Positions 10,127-19,937 of a stretch of DNA of 64,000 nt are shown here, in pieces. The notes under the pieces were generated by a model. It saw only the letters and a program-made list of their open reading frames with translations, ran no database searches and was not told where the DNA came from. The DNA comes from an uncultured Candidatus Rokubacteria bacterium. GTDB lineage: Bacteria; Methylomirabilota; Methylomirabilia; Rokubacteriales; DASRDR01. Every line of letters starts with the position of its first letter. Within the stretch, counting starts at the first letter, position 1. Location of the stretch: NCBI GenBank assembly GCA_963805625.1, contig CAWDVE010000017.1, forward strand, positions 224,001 to 288,000, given 5' to 3'. A program made the position numbers and the translations under genes.

Positions 10127-10920
10127 GCGGGCCGCACCACCGTCGACCAGTCGAAGAGGTAGTAGCGCGCAGCGTCCAAGCGGTCGATGATGCCGTGGAA
10201 CTTCGCCCGCCCGTCGGCGTGGTGCCGCCACACGGCCTCGTACGACTCGAACTGGGCGAGGTACTGCGTCCCATACTCGGCCGGCTCCGCCATGGGCCAG
10301 TCGCCGCCGCGGAAGCGGCAGTGCGCCTCGGCCGGATCCACCCAGAAGCCCTCCGAGGCCTCCTCGGCGATGAGCCGGGGCCCCTGGCCGGCCGGGACGG
10401 GGCAGAGGAAGAAGCGGGCGGAGAAGCGGATCGGGCTCGCCGGCGGTGTCACGAATTGAGAGAGATAGGCGAGCGGCGCGAGGTCCGCGAACCACTCCTC
10501 TGCGGCCAGGACCGCGGTGAACGAGCGCTCGCCGCGGACGAGGCACCGCCGGTGGCTCTCGAGTCGGGGGGCGACATTCGGCGCGCCCGCCGCGACGGGC
10601 CGCCCCTCGGCGTCGCGGGCCAGCAGCACGCCGGTCTCCTCGAAGACCTCGCGCACGCCGGCGAGCCAGTAGGCGAGGGCGGGCACCTCGTCCGCCGGAT
10701 CGTCGATCGCCCGCGCGGCGGCCTCGGGCGAGAGCCCGCGGGTCCGGGCGAGCGCGTCGTGGCTCCGGTCGGCCAGGTCGACCTTGCCGCCGGGGAAGGC
10801 GTAGTAGCCTCCGAGGAAGCGCATGTCGCGCGCCCGGCGGATCAGGAACACCTCGATTGCCGCGGCGCGCCCGGGCCGGATCAACAGGACGGAGGCCGCG
10901 GGCCGAGGCTCGACGGGCAC
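10123..10920 (-). CDS. NUDIX hydrolase (NUDT19-like)
   Basis: RPAASVLL, FPGGKVD...REVFEETG, TPP...RFSARFF. Confidence 0.88.
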   Translation of the reverse strand: MPVEPRPAASVLLIRPGRAAAIEVFLIRRARDMRFLGGYYAFPGGKVDLADRSHDALARTRGLSPEAAARAIDDPADEVPALAYWLAGVREVFEETGVLLARDAEGRPVAAGAPNVAPRLESHRRCLVRGERSFTAVLAAEEWFADLAPLAYLSQFVTPPASPIRFSARFFLCPVPAGQGPRLIAEEASEGFWVDPAEAHCRFRGGDWPMAEPAEYGTQYLAQFESYEAVWRHHADGRAKFHGIIDRLDAARYYLFDWSTVVRPA

Positions 10921-11095
10921 GACGGCGAGTGTAGCACGCGCGTTCGCGCCGCTCGCCGGGCGGCCGCCGTCACGTCACCCGGAAGAGAATCGCGGCGTTC
11001 CCCCGCGGGATGCGGGTGCGGTCGGCCGGGTGGAGGCCGAGGCGCTCGAGAGTGCGGCGCGGGCCGCACAGCCCCGGCGGCGGCCAGGGTGGAGA

Positions 11096-12115
11096 CTAAC
11101 CGGCGAGAGACTCCCAGTCGCCCTCGGAGGCGTCGAGCGCGAGCGCGAGGCTTCCATTGGAGCCGGCGAAGACCGGGTCCTCCACCACGCGCACGGCGCC
11201 GCCGCCGTAGTCGGCGAGGGCCCGCTCCATGGCGGCGGCCAGGCCCGGAACCTGCGACCCGCCTCCCGCCAGGATGATGTTGTGGCGGACGCGCTCCTGG
11301 TACTCGGGCTCCACTCGCGCCAGGAGATCCGCCATCGTCTCCGTGACGGGCGCTACCAGGCTCTCGCACGCGCGGCGCATCTCGCTCGTGATGTCGATCT
11401 GCGTGGCCTTGGCGGCTTTCTGGACGGTGACGACGACGGGCCCCGGAGGCTCGCCGACGAAGCTCCACTTCTCCTTCCACTCCCGGACCATGTAGATGGA
11501 GAACTGGGCGTCGGGGTGCTTGGTCCGGACGAGCGTCATCAGCTGCTCGTCCACCGAATCCCCGGCGTTCGTGAGCGTCCGCTGATCTTCCTCGGTGGGG
11601 TAGCGGCCCCGCATGACGCAGAAGTCGGTCGTCCCGGCGCCGATGTCGACGATCATCGTGTGGAGCAGCGCGTCCATCCCGTAGGACACGGCGAACGGCT
11701 CGGACACGATCATCAGGGCGTCGGCAACCCCTTTGACGGCGTTCCGCAGGTTCTGCCGGCTCACGCGGAGCGCTTCCGCGGGCACGCCCACGACCGCGCG
11801 GATCGGCTGGCCCTCGCGCCCGCCGGCCAGCGAGATCAGGTGCCGCAGGAGCTCGCGCACCGCCAGCTCGTCCTGCTCCGATCCCTCCTTGATCAGGCCC
11901 CGCTCGAGGGGGCGGCGCAGATCGAGCATCGGCCGGCTGTCGAGGGCCTCCCGGCCGAAGAGGATGGGCTTCTTCACGAGGCGTCGGGCCACCATGTCAA
12001 CCGGCCACCCGACGTAGCTCTCGACCACGTGGCGGCCGCCGTTCGAGGCGGAGATCGAGCTGCGGGAGGTTCCCAGATCGATGCCGACGTGAAGGACATC
12101 GGTCTTCTTGGTCAT
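11096..12115 (-). CDS. MamK-like bacterial actin (actin/MreB superfamily)
   Basis: GIDLGTS, VGVPA, IVSEPFAVSYG, VDIGAGTTDFC, EDQRTLTNAG, PEYQERVRHNIILAGGGS, EDPVFAG; matches remembered MamK motifs better than MreB. Confidence 0.88.
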   Translation of the reverse strand: MTKKTDVLHVGIDLGTSRSSISASNGGRHVVESYVGWPVDMVARRLVKKPILFGREALDSRPMLDLRRPLERGLIKEGSEQDELAVRELLRHLISLAGGREGQPIRAVVGVPAEALRVSRQNLRNAVKGVADALMIVSEPFAVSYGMDALLHTMIVDIGAGTTDFCVMRGRYPTEEDQRTLTNAGDSVDEQLMTLVRTKHPDAQFSIYMVREWKEKWSFVGEPPGPVVVTVQKAAKATQIDITSEMRRACESLVAPVTETMADLLARVEPEYQERVRHNIILAGGGSQVPGLAAAMERALADYGGGAVRVVEDPVFAGSNGSLALALDASEGDWESLAG

Positions 12116-13099
12116 CTACTGGCTCCCTGGGGCCTGGCCCAGCGTGGCGACGCGGTTGCGAGCCTCCGCGTACGCGTGGATGCCGTGGAAGAGCGCGCGC
12201 GCGATGCGCTGGCGGTAGGCCGGGTCGGCGAGCCGGCCGGCCTCCTCGTCGTTCGACAGGCACGAGACCTCGGCGAGGATGCCGGGGCTCTCCGTGGCGA
12301 CGAGGACCAGGAACGGCGCACTGCGCACCCCCTTGTCCCGGATCGCGGGGTTCGTGTTGCCCAGGACGGTCACCAGCTCCTGCTGGACGACCTGGGCCAG
12401 CTTCCGTGACTCCGCCTGGCGGACATGGGCATACACGCCTTCGAGGAGCCGGCGGAAGTCGGCCAGATGATAGCCCGATTCGTGGTTCTCCTTGCCCGCA
12501 AGCTGTTCGGCGCGCGGGTCGTCGGCCGGGCCGAGATAGTACGTCTCGACGGCGTGGCACTCCCGTGACGGGACCGAGTTGACGTGGATCGACACGAACA
12601 GATCGGCCCGCTCGACGTTGGCCGTCTGAGCCCGCTCCCGGAGGGACACGAAAGTGTCGGCGTCCCGCGTCATGGCGACGTCGTACTTCACGCGCTTGAG
12701 GAGGGCCCGCACCTCCCGGGCGATCTCGAGCGTGATCTCCTTTTCCCACACGCCCTGGGCCCGGGCGCCGGAGTCGTTCCCGCCGTGTCCCGGATCCAGC
12801 ACGAGCTTCTTGACGCCGAGGGCCGCGGTCACAGGACCGATCGCCTTCGGCGCCCGGAAGGTCAGGACCGTGGGCGCCGTCGCCAGCACGGCCGCGCGGT
12901 CGGGCGCGCTCCCGGACAGGGGGTTGTAGGCGAGGAGCCCGAGCGTCGGGAGGGCGACGAGGAGGGTGGCCTGGATGGCCCCCCGCCGGACCCGGGTGCT
13001 GACGCGGAGCGGCGGCGGCGGGAGCCCGCGAATCGTGTCGACGTTCTCCCGGACGGCCCCCCGGAGGACCCGTCGCTTGAGCCGGTCGGATGGCACCAT
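12116..13099 (-). CDS. N-acetylmuramoyl-L-alanine amidase (Amidase_3) with an N-terminal membrane anchor
   Basis: LDPGHGG, EKEITL, SLRERAQTAN, FVSIHVN, ILAEVSCLSN; hydrophobic segment after about 40 basic residues. Confidence 0.9.
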   Translation of the reverse strand: MVPSDRLKRRVLRGAVRENVDTIRGLPPPPLRVSTRVRRGAIQATLLVALPTLGLLAYNPLSGSAPDRAAVLATAPTVLTFRAPKAIGPVTAALGVKKLVLDPGHGGNDSGARAQGVWEKEITLEIAREVRALLKRVKYDVAMTRDADTFVSLRERAQTANVERADLFVSIHVNSVPSRECHAVETYYLGPADDPRAEQLAGKENHESGYHLADFRRLLEGVYAHVRQAESRKLAQVVQQELVTVLGNTNPAIRDKGVRSAPFLVLVATESPGILAEVSCLSNDEEAGRLADPAYRQRIARALFHGIHAYAEARNRVATLGQAPGSQ

Positions 13100-13110
13100 C
13101 GGCCGGGCGG

Positions 13111-14258
13111 CTAGAGCTCCAGCAGCCGTGCCACGCGTTCGCGGTGGAGCGTCGCGTCGCCGAACGCGACCTCCGAGCCCTTGGCGCGCTTGAAGTAGAG
13201 GTGCATGTCGTGCTCCCACGTGAAGCCGATGCCCCCGTGAACCTGGATCCCGTCGCCGGCGACCTTCCGGTAGGCGTCGGACACGAAGGCCTTGGCCATC
13301 GAGGCGGCCAGCATCGCGTCGGGCGCGTCCTGGTCGGCCGCCCACGCAGCATAGTAGGTGATGGACTTCGCGTTTTCGACGGCCACCAGCATGTCCGCGC
13401 ATCGGTGCTTGACCGCCTGGTAGGCTCCGATCGGCCGCCCGAAGGCGACGCGCACCTTCGCGTACTCGGTGGAGAGGTCCAGGACCTTCTGCGCCCCGCC
13501 GCACATCTCGGCGGAGAGGGCGACGGCGGCCCGGTCGAGCACGCGGGCCACCACCGGCCACCCCTGGTGGAGCGGCCCGAGAAGCGCATCAGGCCCGACC
13601 TCGACGCGCCGGAACGCGACCTCGGCGAGCTTCCGCGTCTGGTCCATCGTCGGCAGGAGGGTGGTGGTGACCCTCTTCCGATCCGCCGGCACTAGGAAGA
13701 GGCTCACGCCGTGCGCCGGGTCCTCCTTCGTCGCGCGCGCGGTCCGCGCGGCCACGACGAGGAGATCCGCCGTGTGCCCGTCGGGCACGAAGAGCTTCGT
13801 GCCCGAGAGGACGAAACCGCCGGCCTTTCCGGGCTTGGCGGCGACCTCGACCCCGGCGGCGTCCCAGCGGGCGCTCTCCTCGAGGAGCGCGAGAGTCGCA
13901 CGGGCGTCACCGGAGGCGATGCGGGGGAGCCATGCCTCCTTCTGGGCGTCCGAGCCCGCCTGGAGGATCGCGAGCCCGCCCAGGAGCACGGTCGAGAAGA
14001 ACGGCCCCGGCATGACGACGCGCCCCATCTCCTCGAGGACGACCGTGAGGTCGACGAGCCCCAGCCCTCCCCCCCGTGAGCCTCGGGATAGATCAGGCCG
14101 AGCCACCCGAGCTCCGCGAGCTTGCCCCAGAAGTCGTCGGTCGTGCCGACCGGATCGTCCATCATCCGGCGGACGAAGCCGGAGGGACACTCCTTCTCGA
14201 GGAAGCTCCGCGCCGTCTGGCGCAGGAGTTCCTGTTCCTGGCTGAATCCAAAGTCCAT
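13111..14258 (-). pseudogene. Acyl-CoA dehydrogenase (FadE27/PimD-like partner), frameshifted in a G7 run at ~14069-14075; likely sequencing error
   Basis: MDFGFSQEQELL...YPEAHGG continues in another frame as GLGLVDL...FGRPIGAYQAVKH...QVHGGIGFTWEH. Confidence 0.85.
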
Positions 14259-14302
14259 CAGTTCACGTGGGGTCGGCGGCGAGATGAATAGCTCACGCTT
14301 GG

Positions 14303-15496
14303 TCAGTCCTTCGGCAGGCCGAGGACGCGCTCGGCCAGAATGTTCCGCTGGATCTCCGTGGTGCCACCCTCGATCGAGTTGGCGCGGGACCGGAGGAACG
14401 TGTAGTGCCAGTTACCCCGGTCGACCGCCCAGGGTGAGCCCCGGCCGAGCTGTCCGTAGGCGCCGAGGAGCTCCTGGGCGAGATCCTGGAGCGCCTGATG
14501 CCGGTCGCACCACCAGATCTTCCCGGCCGAGGCCTCGGAGCCCGGCATCTCGCCGCGCAGGAGCTTGGTGATGGCGCGCTTGGCCGTGTACTTGAACACC
14601 GCGTTGTCGATGACCAGCTGCGCGAGCCGCTGGCGAAGCACCGGATCCTTCGCGGCGGGCCGGCCCTCGCGCGACATCCGACGAGCCAGATCGAGCGTCG
14701 CGCCGGTGGCGATCTCGAACCGCGCCTGGAGCCCGAACCCGAGCGCCAGCCGCTCGTACATGAGGGTCGTGATCCCCACCTGCCAGCCCTGGCCCTCGGT
14801 GCCGAGGATGTTCTCGGCGGGCACGCGGACGTTCTCGAAGAACACCTCGTTGAACTCGGCGTCGCCGGTGAGCTGGCGGAGCGGGCGGACGGTGATGCCT
14901 GGCGAGTGCATGTCGACGAGGAAGTAGGTCAGCCCCTTGTGCTTCGCCACGCTCGGATCGGTGCGGGCGAGCAGCATCATCCAGTCGGAGATCTGCGCGA
15001 GGCTGGTCCAAACCTTCTGGCCGTTGACGACGTAGTGGTCACCGTCCTTCACGGCCCGGGTCTGGAGCGACGCGAGATCCGAGCCCGCGTTGGGCTCGGA
15101 GTAGCCCTGGCACCAGATCTCCTCGCAGGTGAGGATCTTCTGGAGATGGCGCTGCTTCTGCGCGTCGGTACCGTAGGCGATGATCGTCGGGCCGGCCATG
15201 CCGAGGCCGAGGATGTTGAGCGGCGGCGGCGCCCGATGGAGGACCAGCTCCTCGTGGAGGAGGAGTTCCTCCATCCACGTGAGCCCGCGCCCACCGAACT
15301 CCTTCGGCCACGTGAGACCCAGGAACCCGGCCTCGTGAAGCCTCCGCTGCCAATGGCGGCCGAACTCGTAGAGCTCGGCCCGCGGCACGTCGCTCACGAC
15401 CGGGCGCGCGGCCCAGTCGGGGGGCAGGTTAGCCGAGAGCCAGGCCCGCACCTCGGTGCGAAACGTCTCCTGCTCGGGGGTGAGCCTGAAGTCCAT
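14303..15496 (-). CDS. Acyl-CoA dehydrogenase (FadE26/PimC-like)
   Basis: WCQGYSEPNAGSDLASL, NGQKVWTS, FNEVFF, IEGGTTEIQRNI. Confidence 0.93.
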   Translation of the reverse strand: MDFRLTPEQETFRTEVRAWLSANLPPDWAARPVVSDVPRAELYEFGRHWQRRLHEAGFLGLTWPKEFGGRGLTWMEELLLHEELVLHRAPPPLNILGLGMAGPTIIAYGTDAQKQRHLQKILTCEEIWCQGYSEPNAGSDLASLQTRAVKDGDHYVVNGQKVWTSLAQISDWMMLLARTDPSVAKHKGLTYFLVDMHSPGITVRPLRQLTGDAEFNEVFFENVRVPAENILGTEGQGWQVGITTLMYERLALGFGLQARFEIATGATLDLARRMSREGRPAAKDPVLRQRLAQLVIDNAVFKYTAKRAITKLLRGEMPGSEASAGKIWWCDRHQALQDLAQELLGAYGQLGRGSPWAVDRGNWHYTFLRSRANSIEGGTTEIQRNILAERVLGLPKD

Positions 15497-15687
15497 CGAT
15501 CCTCCGCGGCCTGGAATCGAGCGCCGCCAGTATATAGTACCCGGTCCGCTGGCCGCGACGAACGCACCGGGGGCTCCGGCCTGCTTCTGCACCAGTTTTG
15601 GGGCACCCCGGCGGCTTGCGTCGGCGGAGCGCGGATGCCATCCTCACGATGCTGGCGGGTAGCTCACCGGAGGGAGCCGACCGACTC

Positions 15688-17067
15688 ATGCGAGCCCAGA
15701 CGCTCAAGATCGAGCACGCCTGCTACGTCGTCACCCTCGACGGCGACCGGCGGATCATCCAGGACGGTTCGATCCTCGTCGAGGGCCAGCGGATCGGCCG
15801 GGTCGGCAAGGCGGCCGAGCTGGCGGACGCTCCGGCCGACCGCGTGATCGACGCCCGCCACCTCCTGGTAACCCCCGGCTTCGTCAACGGCCACATGCAC
15901 ATCAGCTACGCCCACGCCGTGCGCGGCATTTTCCTGGACGATCTGGGCAGCCCGCTGCCCTACGTCTTCCGGCTCCAGATGGCGATGACGGAGGAAGAGG
16001 AGTACGCCACGACGCTGCTCGGCCTCGTGGAGCTCCTCAAGAGCGGCACCGTCGGCTTCGTCGATCCCGGCAGCACCAAGTTCCCGGACGCGTGTCTGCA
16101 GGCGTACGAGGACGCGGGCATCCGCGTGATCCTCGGCGAGTGCGTGGCGGACCGGGAGGCCCCGTTCCCGCTGCCCCGCTATGGCACCGAGGAGGCGATC
16201 GCCCGCACGGCGTCCTTCGTCCGGAAATGGGACGGCCGTCTCCACGGTCGCATCCGGGCGTGGGCGATGCCGTTCTCGCCGGAGACCTGCAGCGCCGATC
16301 TCCTGGGAGGCCTCAAGCGCCTGGCGGACGAGCACGGGACCGGGCTCACGCTCCACCACGGAAGCGGCCCCGAGGCGCGGCGGGAGTCCCTCGCGCGGTA
16401 CGGGCTCAGCCCCACCGAGCAGCTCGAGTCGAACGGGGTCCTCGGCCCGAACGTCCTGCTATCCCACGTGCTGGGCCTCGACGACGCCGAGATCGAGTGC
16501 CTCGCCCGGACCGGCACCGCGGTGGCGATGTGCCCGGTCACCGCCGCCAAGGGCGCCAAGGGGATCGCCGTGCAGGGCCGGATGCCGGAGCTCCTCCGGC
16601 GGGGCGTGCGGGTCGCACTGGGCTGCGACTCGCCCAACAACTCAAACCATCTCGACATGGTGCGGACCATGAACATGGCGGCCATCCAGTACAAGGACGC
16701 CCGCCAGGACATGCACCAGATCCCGGCCGAGCAGGCGCTCGAGATGGCCACGCTCGTCGGCGCGCAGGCGCTCGGGCTGGGCCACGAGCTGGGCTCGATC
16801 GCGCCGGGCAAGCGCGCGGACCTCGTCCTGTTCGACACCCAGCGCCCCGAATGGCAGGCTCTGTTCAACCCGGTCAACAACCTCGTCTACAATGCCGACG
16901 GCCGGAGCGTGCACACCGTGGTCGTGGACGGCCGCGTCGTCGTGGACGCCTACCGCCAGTCCTTCGTGGAGGAGGCGCGACTCTTCGCGCGCGTCCAGGA
17001 GATCGGCGAGCGGCTCCTGACCCGGACCGGCGTCACGCTGCCGCGCTCGCGTTGGCCGATCGTCTGA
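15688..17067 (+). CDS. Amidohydrolase family protein (MTA/SAH deaminase or Atz/Trz-like)
   Basis: PGFVNGHMH, ALGCD, GSIAPGKRADLVLFD, VVVDGRVVV. Confidence 0.88.
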   Translation: MRAQTLKIEHACYVVTLDGDRRIIQDGSILVEGQRIGRVGKAAELADAPADRVIDARHLLVTPGFVNGHMHISYAHAVRGIFLDDLGSPLPYVFRLQMAMTEEEEYATTLLGLVELLKSGTVGFVDPGSTKFPDACLQAYEDAGIRVILGECVADREAPFPLPRYGTEEAIARTASFVRKWDGRLHGRIRAWAMPFSPETCSADLLGGLKRLADEHGTGLTLHHGSGPEARRESLARYGLSPTEQLESNGVLGPNVLLSHVLGLDDAEIECLARTGTAVAMCPVTAAKGAKGIAVQGRMPELLRRGVRVALGCDSPNNSNHLDMVRTMNMAAIQYKDARQDMHQIPAEQALEMATLVGAQALGLGHELGSIAPGKRADLVLFDTQRPEWQALFNPVNNLVYNADGRSVHTVVVDGRVVVDAYRQSFVEEARLFARVQEIGERLLTRTGVTLPRSRWPIV

Positions 17068-17069
17068 CC

Positions 17070-18521
17070 GTGGGCCCTCGCCGCCCGGTCTGGCCGGTCG
17101 TCCTCGCCGTTCAGCTCGGCGTTCTCCTCGCGGCGCTCGACGCGACGATCGTCGGGACCGCCATGCCCACGGTGATCGCCGCCCTCGGCGGCGCCCACCT
17201 CTACCCCTGGGTCTTCTCCATCTACATGCTCGCGTCCACGGTGGTGATGCCGGTCTTCGGCGGCCTCTCGGATCGGCTCGGGCGTCGCGGCCCCTTCGTC
17301 GCCGCCATCGTCATCTTCTGCGCGGGCTCCCTCATGGCCGGGGTCGCCACCAGCATGCCGGTCCTGGTGGCGGGGCGCGGGGTCCAGGGCGTGGGCGCGG
17401 GCGGCATCCTGGCGCTCTCGCTCATCATTTTCGGGGATCTATTCGCCGGCCCGCGCCGGGGTCAGATGCAGGGGCTCATCACCGCGGTGTGGGGCGTCGC
17501 GAGCATCGCGGGGCCGCTCCTCGGAGGCATCATCGTCGACGGCTGGAGCTGGCGCTGGGTCTTTCTCCTGAACCTCCCGCTCGGCGCGGTCGTCATCGGC
17601 CTGGCCGTGGGAGGCTTGGCGGAGACCGGGGAGCACGTCGCCGGCCGGACGCTCGACCTGGCAGGTGCGCTGACATTCCTAGCGGGCGTGACCGGCCTCA
17701 TGCTGTTCGTGCTCGAGCCCGGCTCGCCCGGGCATGGCGGCCTCGGCGCCGGCCAGCTCGGCGCGTTCACCGTCGCCGCCCTCGGTCTCGCGGGGTTCGT
17801 GTGGGCCGAGCGGCGCTCGGCGGATCCGCTCCTGCCGTTCAGCCTCTTCAAGGAGATGCCGTTCGCCGCGGGCTCCGCCGCGGCGTTCTTCTCGGGCGCC
17901 GCGATGTTCGGGGCGCTCGTGCACGTGCCGCTCCTGGTCCAGTGGGGGCGCGGGACCGATGCGACCACGGCCGGGCTCTCGCTGATGACGATGAGCACGG
18001 GCTGGTCGGTCGGCGGACTCTTCGCGGGGCAGGTTCTGAACCGGCTCGGGTTCCGCCCCCTCGCGCTCGCGGGCGCCGCCCTCATGACGCTCGGGTACAC
18101 CGCGCTGGCCCTCAAGCCGGACGTCGACTGGGTGGGGCTCATGGTCGTTGGCGGAGCGATCGGGGTGGGAATGGGCCTCCTTTCCATCACCCTGGTCGTC
18201 GGCGTGCAGACTGCGATCGAGCCCGCGCGGCGGGGAGTGGCGACCTCGGGCGTTCTCTTCTTCCGCAACATCGGCGCGACGCTCGGCGTCGCCGTCATGG
18301 GCGCGAGCCTCACAGCGCGGCTCGGCGTCCGGCTGGCCGGCCTCGAGGAGGGCGCGCGGCACTTGCCGCCGGACCTCGTCCCTGCCCTCCTGGAGGCGAT
18401 CGGCTTCGTCTTCTGGCTCGGGGCCGGCGCGACGGTGCTGACGTTGATCGCGACCTGCTTCCTGCCGGACGGAACCCCCCGGACCGCCAGGGCCTCCGCG
18501 CGCGGGGAGGTGCTCGGATGA
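17070..18521 (+). CDS. MFS transporter, DHA2 (14-TM) family
   Basis: LDATIVGTAMPTV, GGLSDRLGRR, WRWVFLLNLPLG. Confidence 0.9.
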   Translation: MGPRRPVWPVVLAVQLGVLLAALDATIVGTAMPTVIAALGGAHLYPWVFSIYMLASTVVMPVFGGLSDRLGRRGPFVAAIVIFCAGSLMAGVATSMPVLVAGRGVQGVGAGGILALSLIIFGDLFAGPRRGQMQGLITAVWGVASIAGPLLGGIIVDGWSWRWVFLLNLPLGAVVIGLAVGGLAETGEHVAGRTLDLAGALTFLAGVTGLMLFVLEPGSPGHGGLGAGQLGAFTVAALGLAGFVWAERRSADPLLPFSLFKEMPFAAGSAAAFFSGAAMFGALVHVPLLVQWGRGTDATTAGLSLMTMSTGWSVGGLFAGQVLNRLGFRPLALAGAALMTLGYTALALKPDVDWVGLMVVGGAIGVGMGLLSITLVVGVQTAIEPARRGVATSGVLFFRNIGATLGVAVMGASLTARLGVRLAGLEEGARHLPPDLVPALLEAIGFVFWLGAGATVLTLIATCFLPDGTPRTARASARGEVLG

Positions 18522-19759
18522 CAGCGGACGAGCTCCGCATCGACCTCGGCCGCCTGCGCGGGGACATCGAGGCGCTCGCGGCGATCGGGCGCGATCCCAC
18601 CGGCGGGATCTCGCGGCCGGCGTGGAGTCCCGCCCACGAGGAGGCACGCGCGTGGCTGCTCGGCCAGCTCCGGGCGGCCGGATTGGCCGCGCGCGTGGAT
18701 CCCGCGGGGAATGTGTTCGGCCGGCTCGGCGAGGGGACCCCGGCGGTCCTGACGGGTTCCCACATCGACACCGTGCCGCGCGGGGGACCGCTCGACGGGG
18801 CGCTCGGCGTGCTGGCCGGCCTCGAGTGTCTCCGAACGGTCGCGGCGTCGGGCGCCCGGCCGGCACGGGCGCTCGAGGTTGCGGCGTTCACCGACGAGGA
18901 GGGGCGCTTCTACGGATTCTTCGGCTCCCGTGCGCTCACGGGCAGCCTTGACCGCATCCTCGCCGAGCGACTCACCGACCCGACCGGGCTCGCACTGCCC
19001 GAGGCGATGCGGCGCGCGGGCTTCGACCTCGCGCGGGCGCCCGAGGCGCGCCGCGACCCCCGGGAGATCGACGCGTACGTCGAGCTTCACATCGAGCAGG
19101 GGCCATGGCTCGAGACCGAGGACGTGCCGATCGGCGTCGTCGAGGGCATCGTCGGGATCCGCCGCTTCCGCCTGACCTTCGTGGGCCAGCCCGATCACGC
19201 CGGGACCACACCCATGGATCGCCGGAAGGACGCCTTCCTCACCGCCGCCGAGTACGCGACGAAGAGCCGCGAGCTGGTGGTGCGAGGCGGCCAGGGACAC
19301 GCCGTCACGACGATCGGCGTCGTGGATGTGCGTCCGGGCGTGCCGAACATCGTGCCCGAGCGCACGACGCTTCTCCAGGAGCTCCGCGACCCCGCCCCCG
19401 CCCTTCTCGAGCGCCTGGCGAGCCGCACTCTCCAGGCGGCCCGGCGGGTGGCGCGACAGCGCGGGCTCGTTCTCGAGGTAGAGCACCTCATGCGGGCCGA
19501 ACCCGTCCGGATGTCCCCACGGATCCAGGCGGCGATCGAGGCGACGGCCGTGGGGCTCGGGCTCCCGACGCGACGCATGCCCTCCGGCGCCGGTCACGAC
19601 GCGCAGGTCCTGGCGGCGGTGACGGACGCCGGCATGATCTTTGTCCCGAGCCAGGGTGGCCGGAGCCACCGCCCGGACGAGTGGACCGACTGGCCGGCGA
19701 TCGAGCGGGGGGCCAACACACTCCTGGGGACGCTGCTCCGTCTGAGCGAGTCGGGCTGA
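18518..19759 (+). CDS. Zn-dependent M20 hydrolase (N-carbamoyl-amino acid/allantoate amidohydrolase-like)
   Basis: GSHIDTVP.GG.LDG, DEEGRF, ELHIEQGP, HAGTTPM, SGAGHDA; ATGA overlap. Confidence 0.92.
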   Translation: MTADELRIDLGRLRGDIEALAAIGRDPTGGISRPAWSPAHEEARAWLLGQLRAAGLAARVDPAGNVFGRLGEGTPAVLTGSHIDTVPRGGPLDGALGVLAGLECLRTVAASGARPARALEVAAFTDEEGRFYGFFGSRALTGSLDRILAERLTDPTGLALPEAMRRAGFDLARAPEARRDPREIDAYVELHIEQGPWLETEDVPIGVVEGIVGIRRFRLTFVGQPDHAGTTPMDRRKDAFLTAAEYATKSRELVVRGGQGHAVTTIGVVDVRPGVPNIVPERTTLLQELRDPAPALLERLASRTLQAARRVARQRGLVLEVEHLMRAEPVRMSPRIQAAIEATAVGLGLPTRRMPSGAGHDAQVLAAVTDAGMIFVPSQGGRSHRPDEWTDWPAIERGANTLLGTLLRLSESG

Positions 19760-19857
19760 CGCTCGGCCGCCGGCCGTGAGGCGAACCCGACGGCCGGCTG
19801 TGGCCTTCGAGAGTGCGAGGCCTGCCCGTGACGTGATTGTCCTTGAACCCCGTTTGC

Positions 19858-19886
19858 TTGCCGCATCGAGGGGGGTCCGGTAACAT
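19858..19886 (+). promoter_or_regulatory. Putative sigma70 promoter upstream of ugd
   Basis: TTGCCG-N17-TAACAT. Confidence 0.5.
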
Positions 19887-19937
19887 AGCGAGGCCGTAGA
19901 AGCTTCCGGGCGTCGCGTCCGGCATGAGGCGGTCGAC

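Noticed and set aside
11096-12115. Magnetosome island or evidence of magnetotaxis
   Set aside because: No other mam/mms genes in the window; a MamK-like gene alone is insufficient.
19760-19860. Possible 6S RNA or riboswitch (contains CCTTGAACC and hairpins)
   Set aside because: The complementary GGTTCAAG arm is absent; more simply a terminator-like hairpin plus promoter. An Rfam search would decide.
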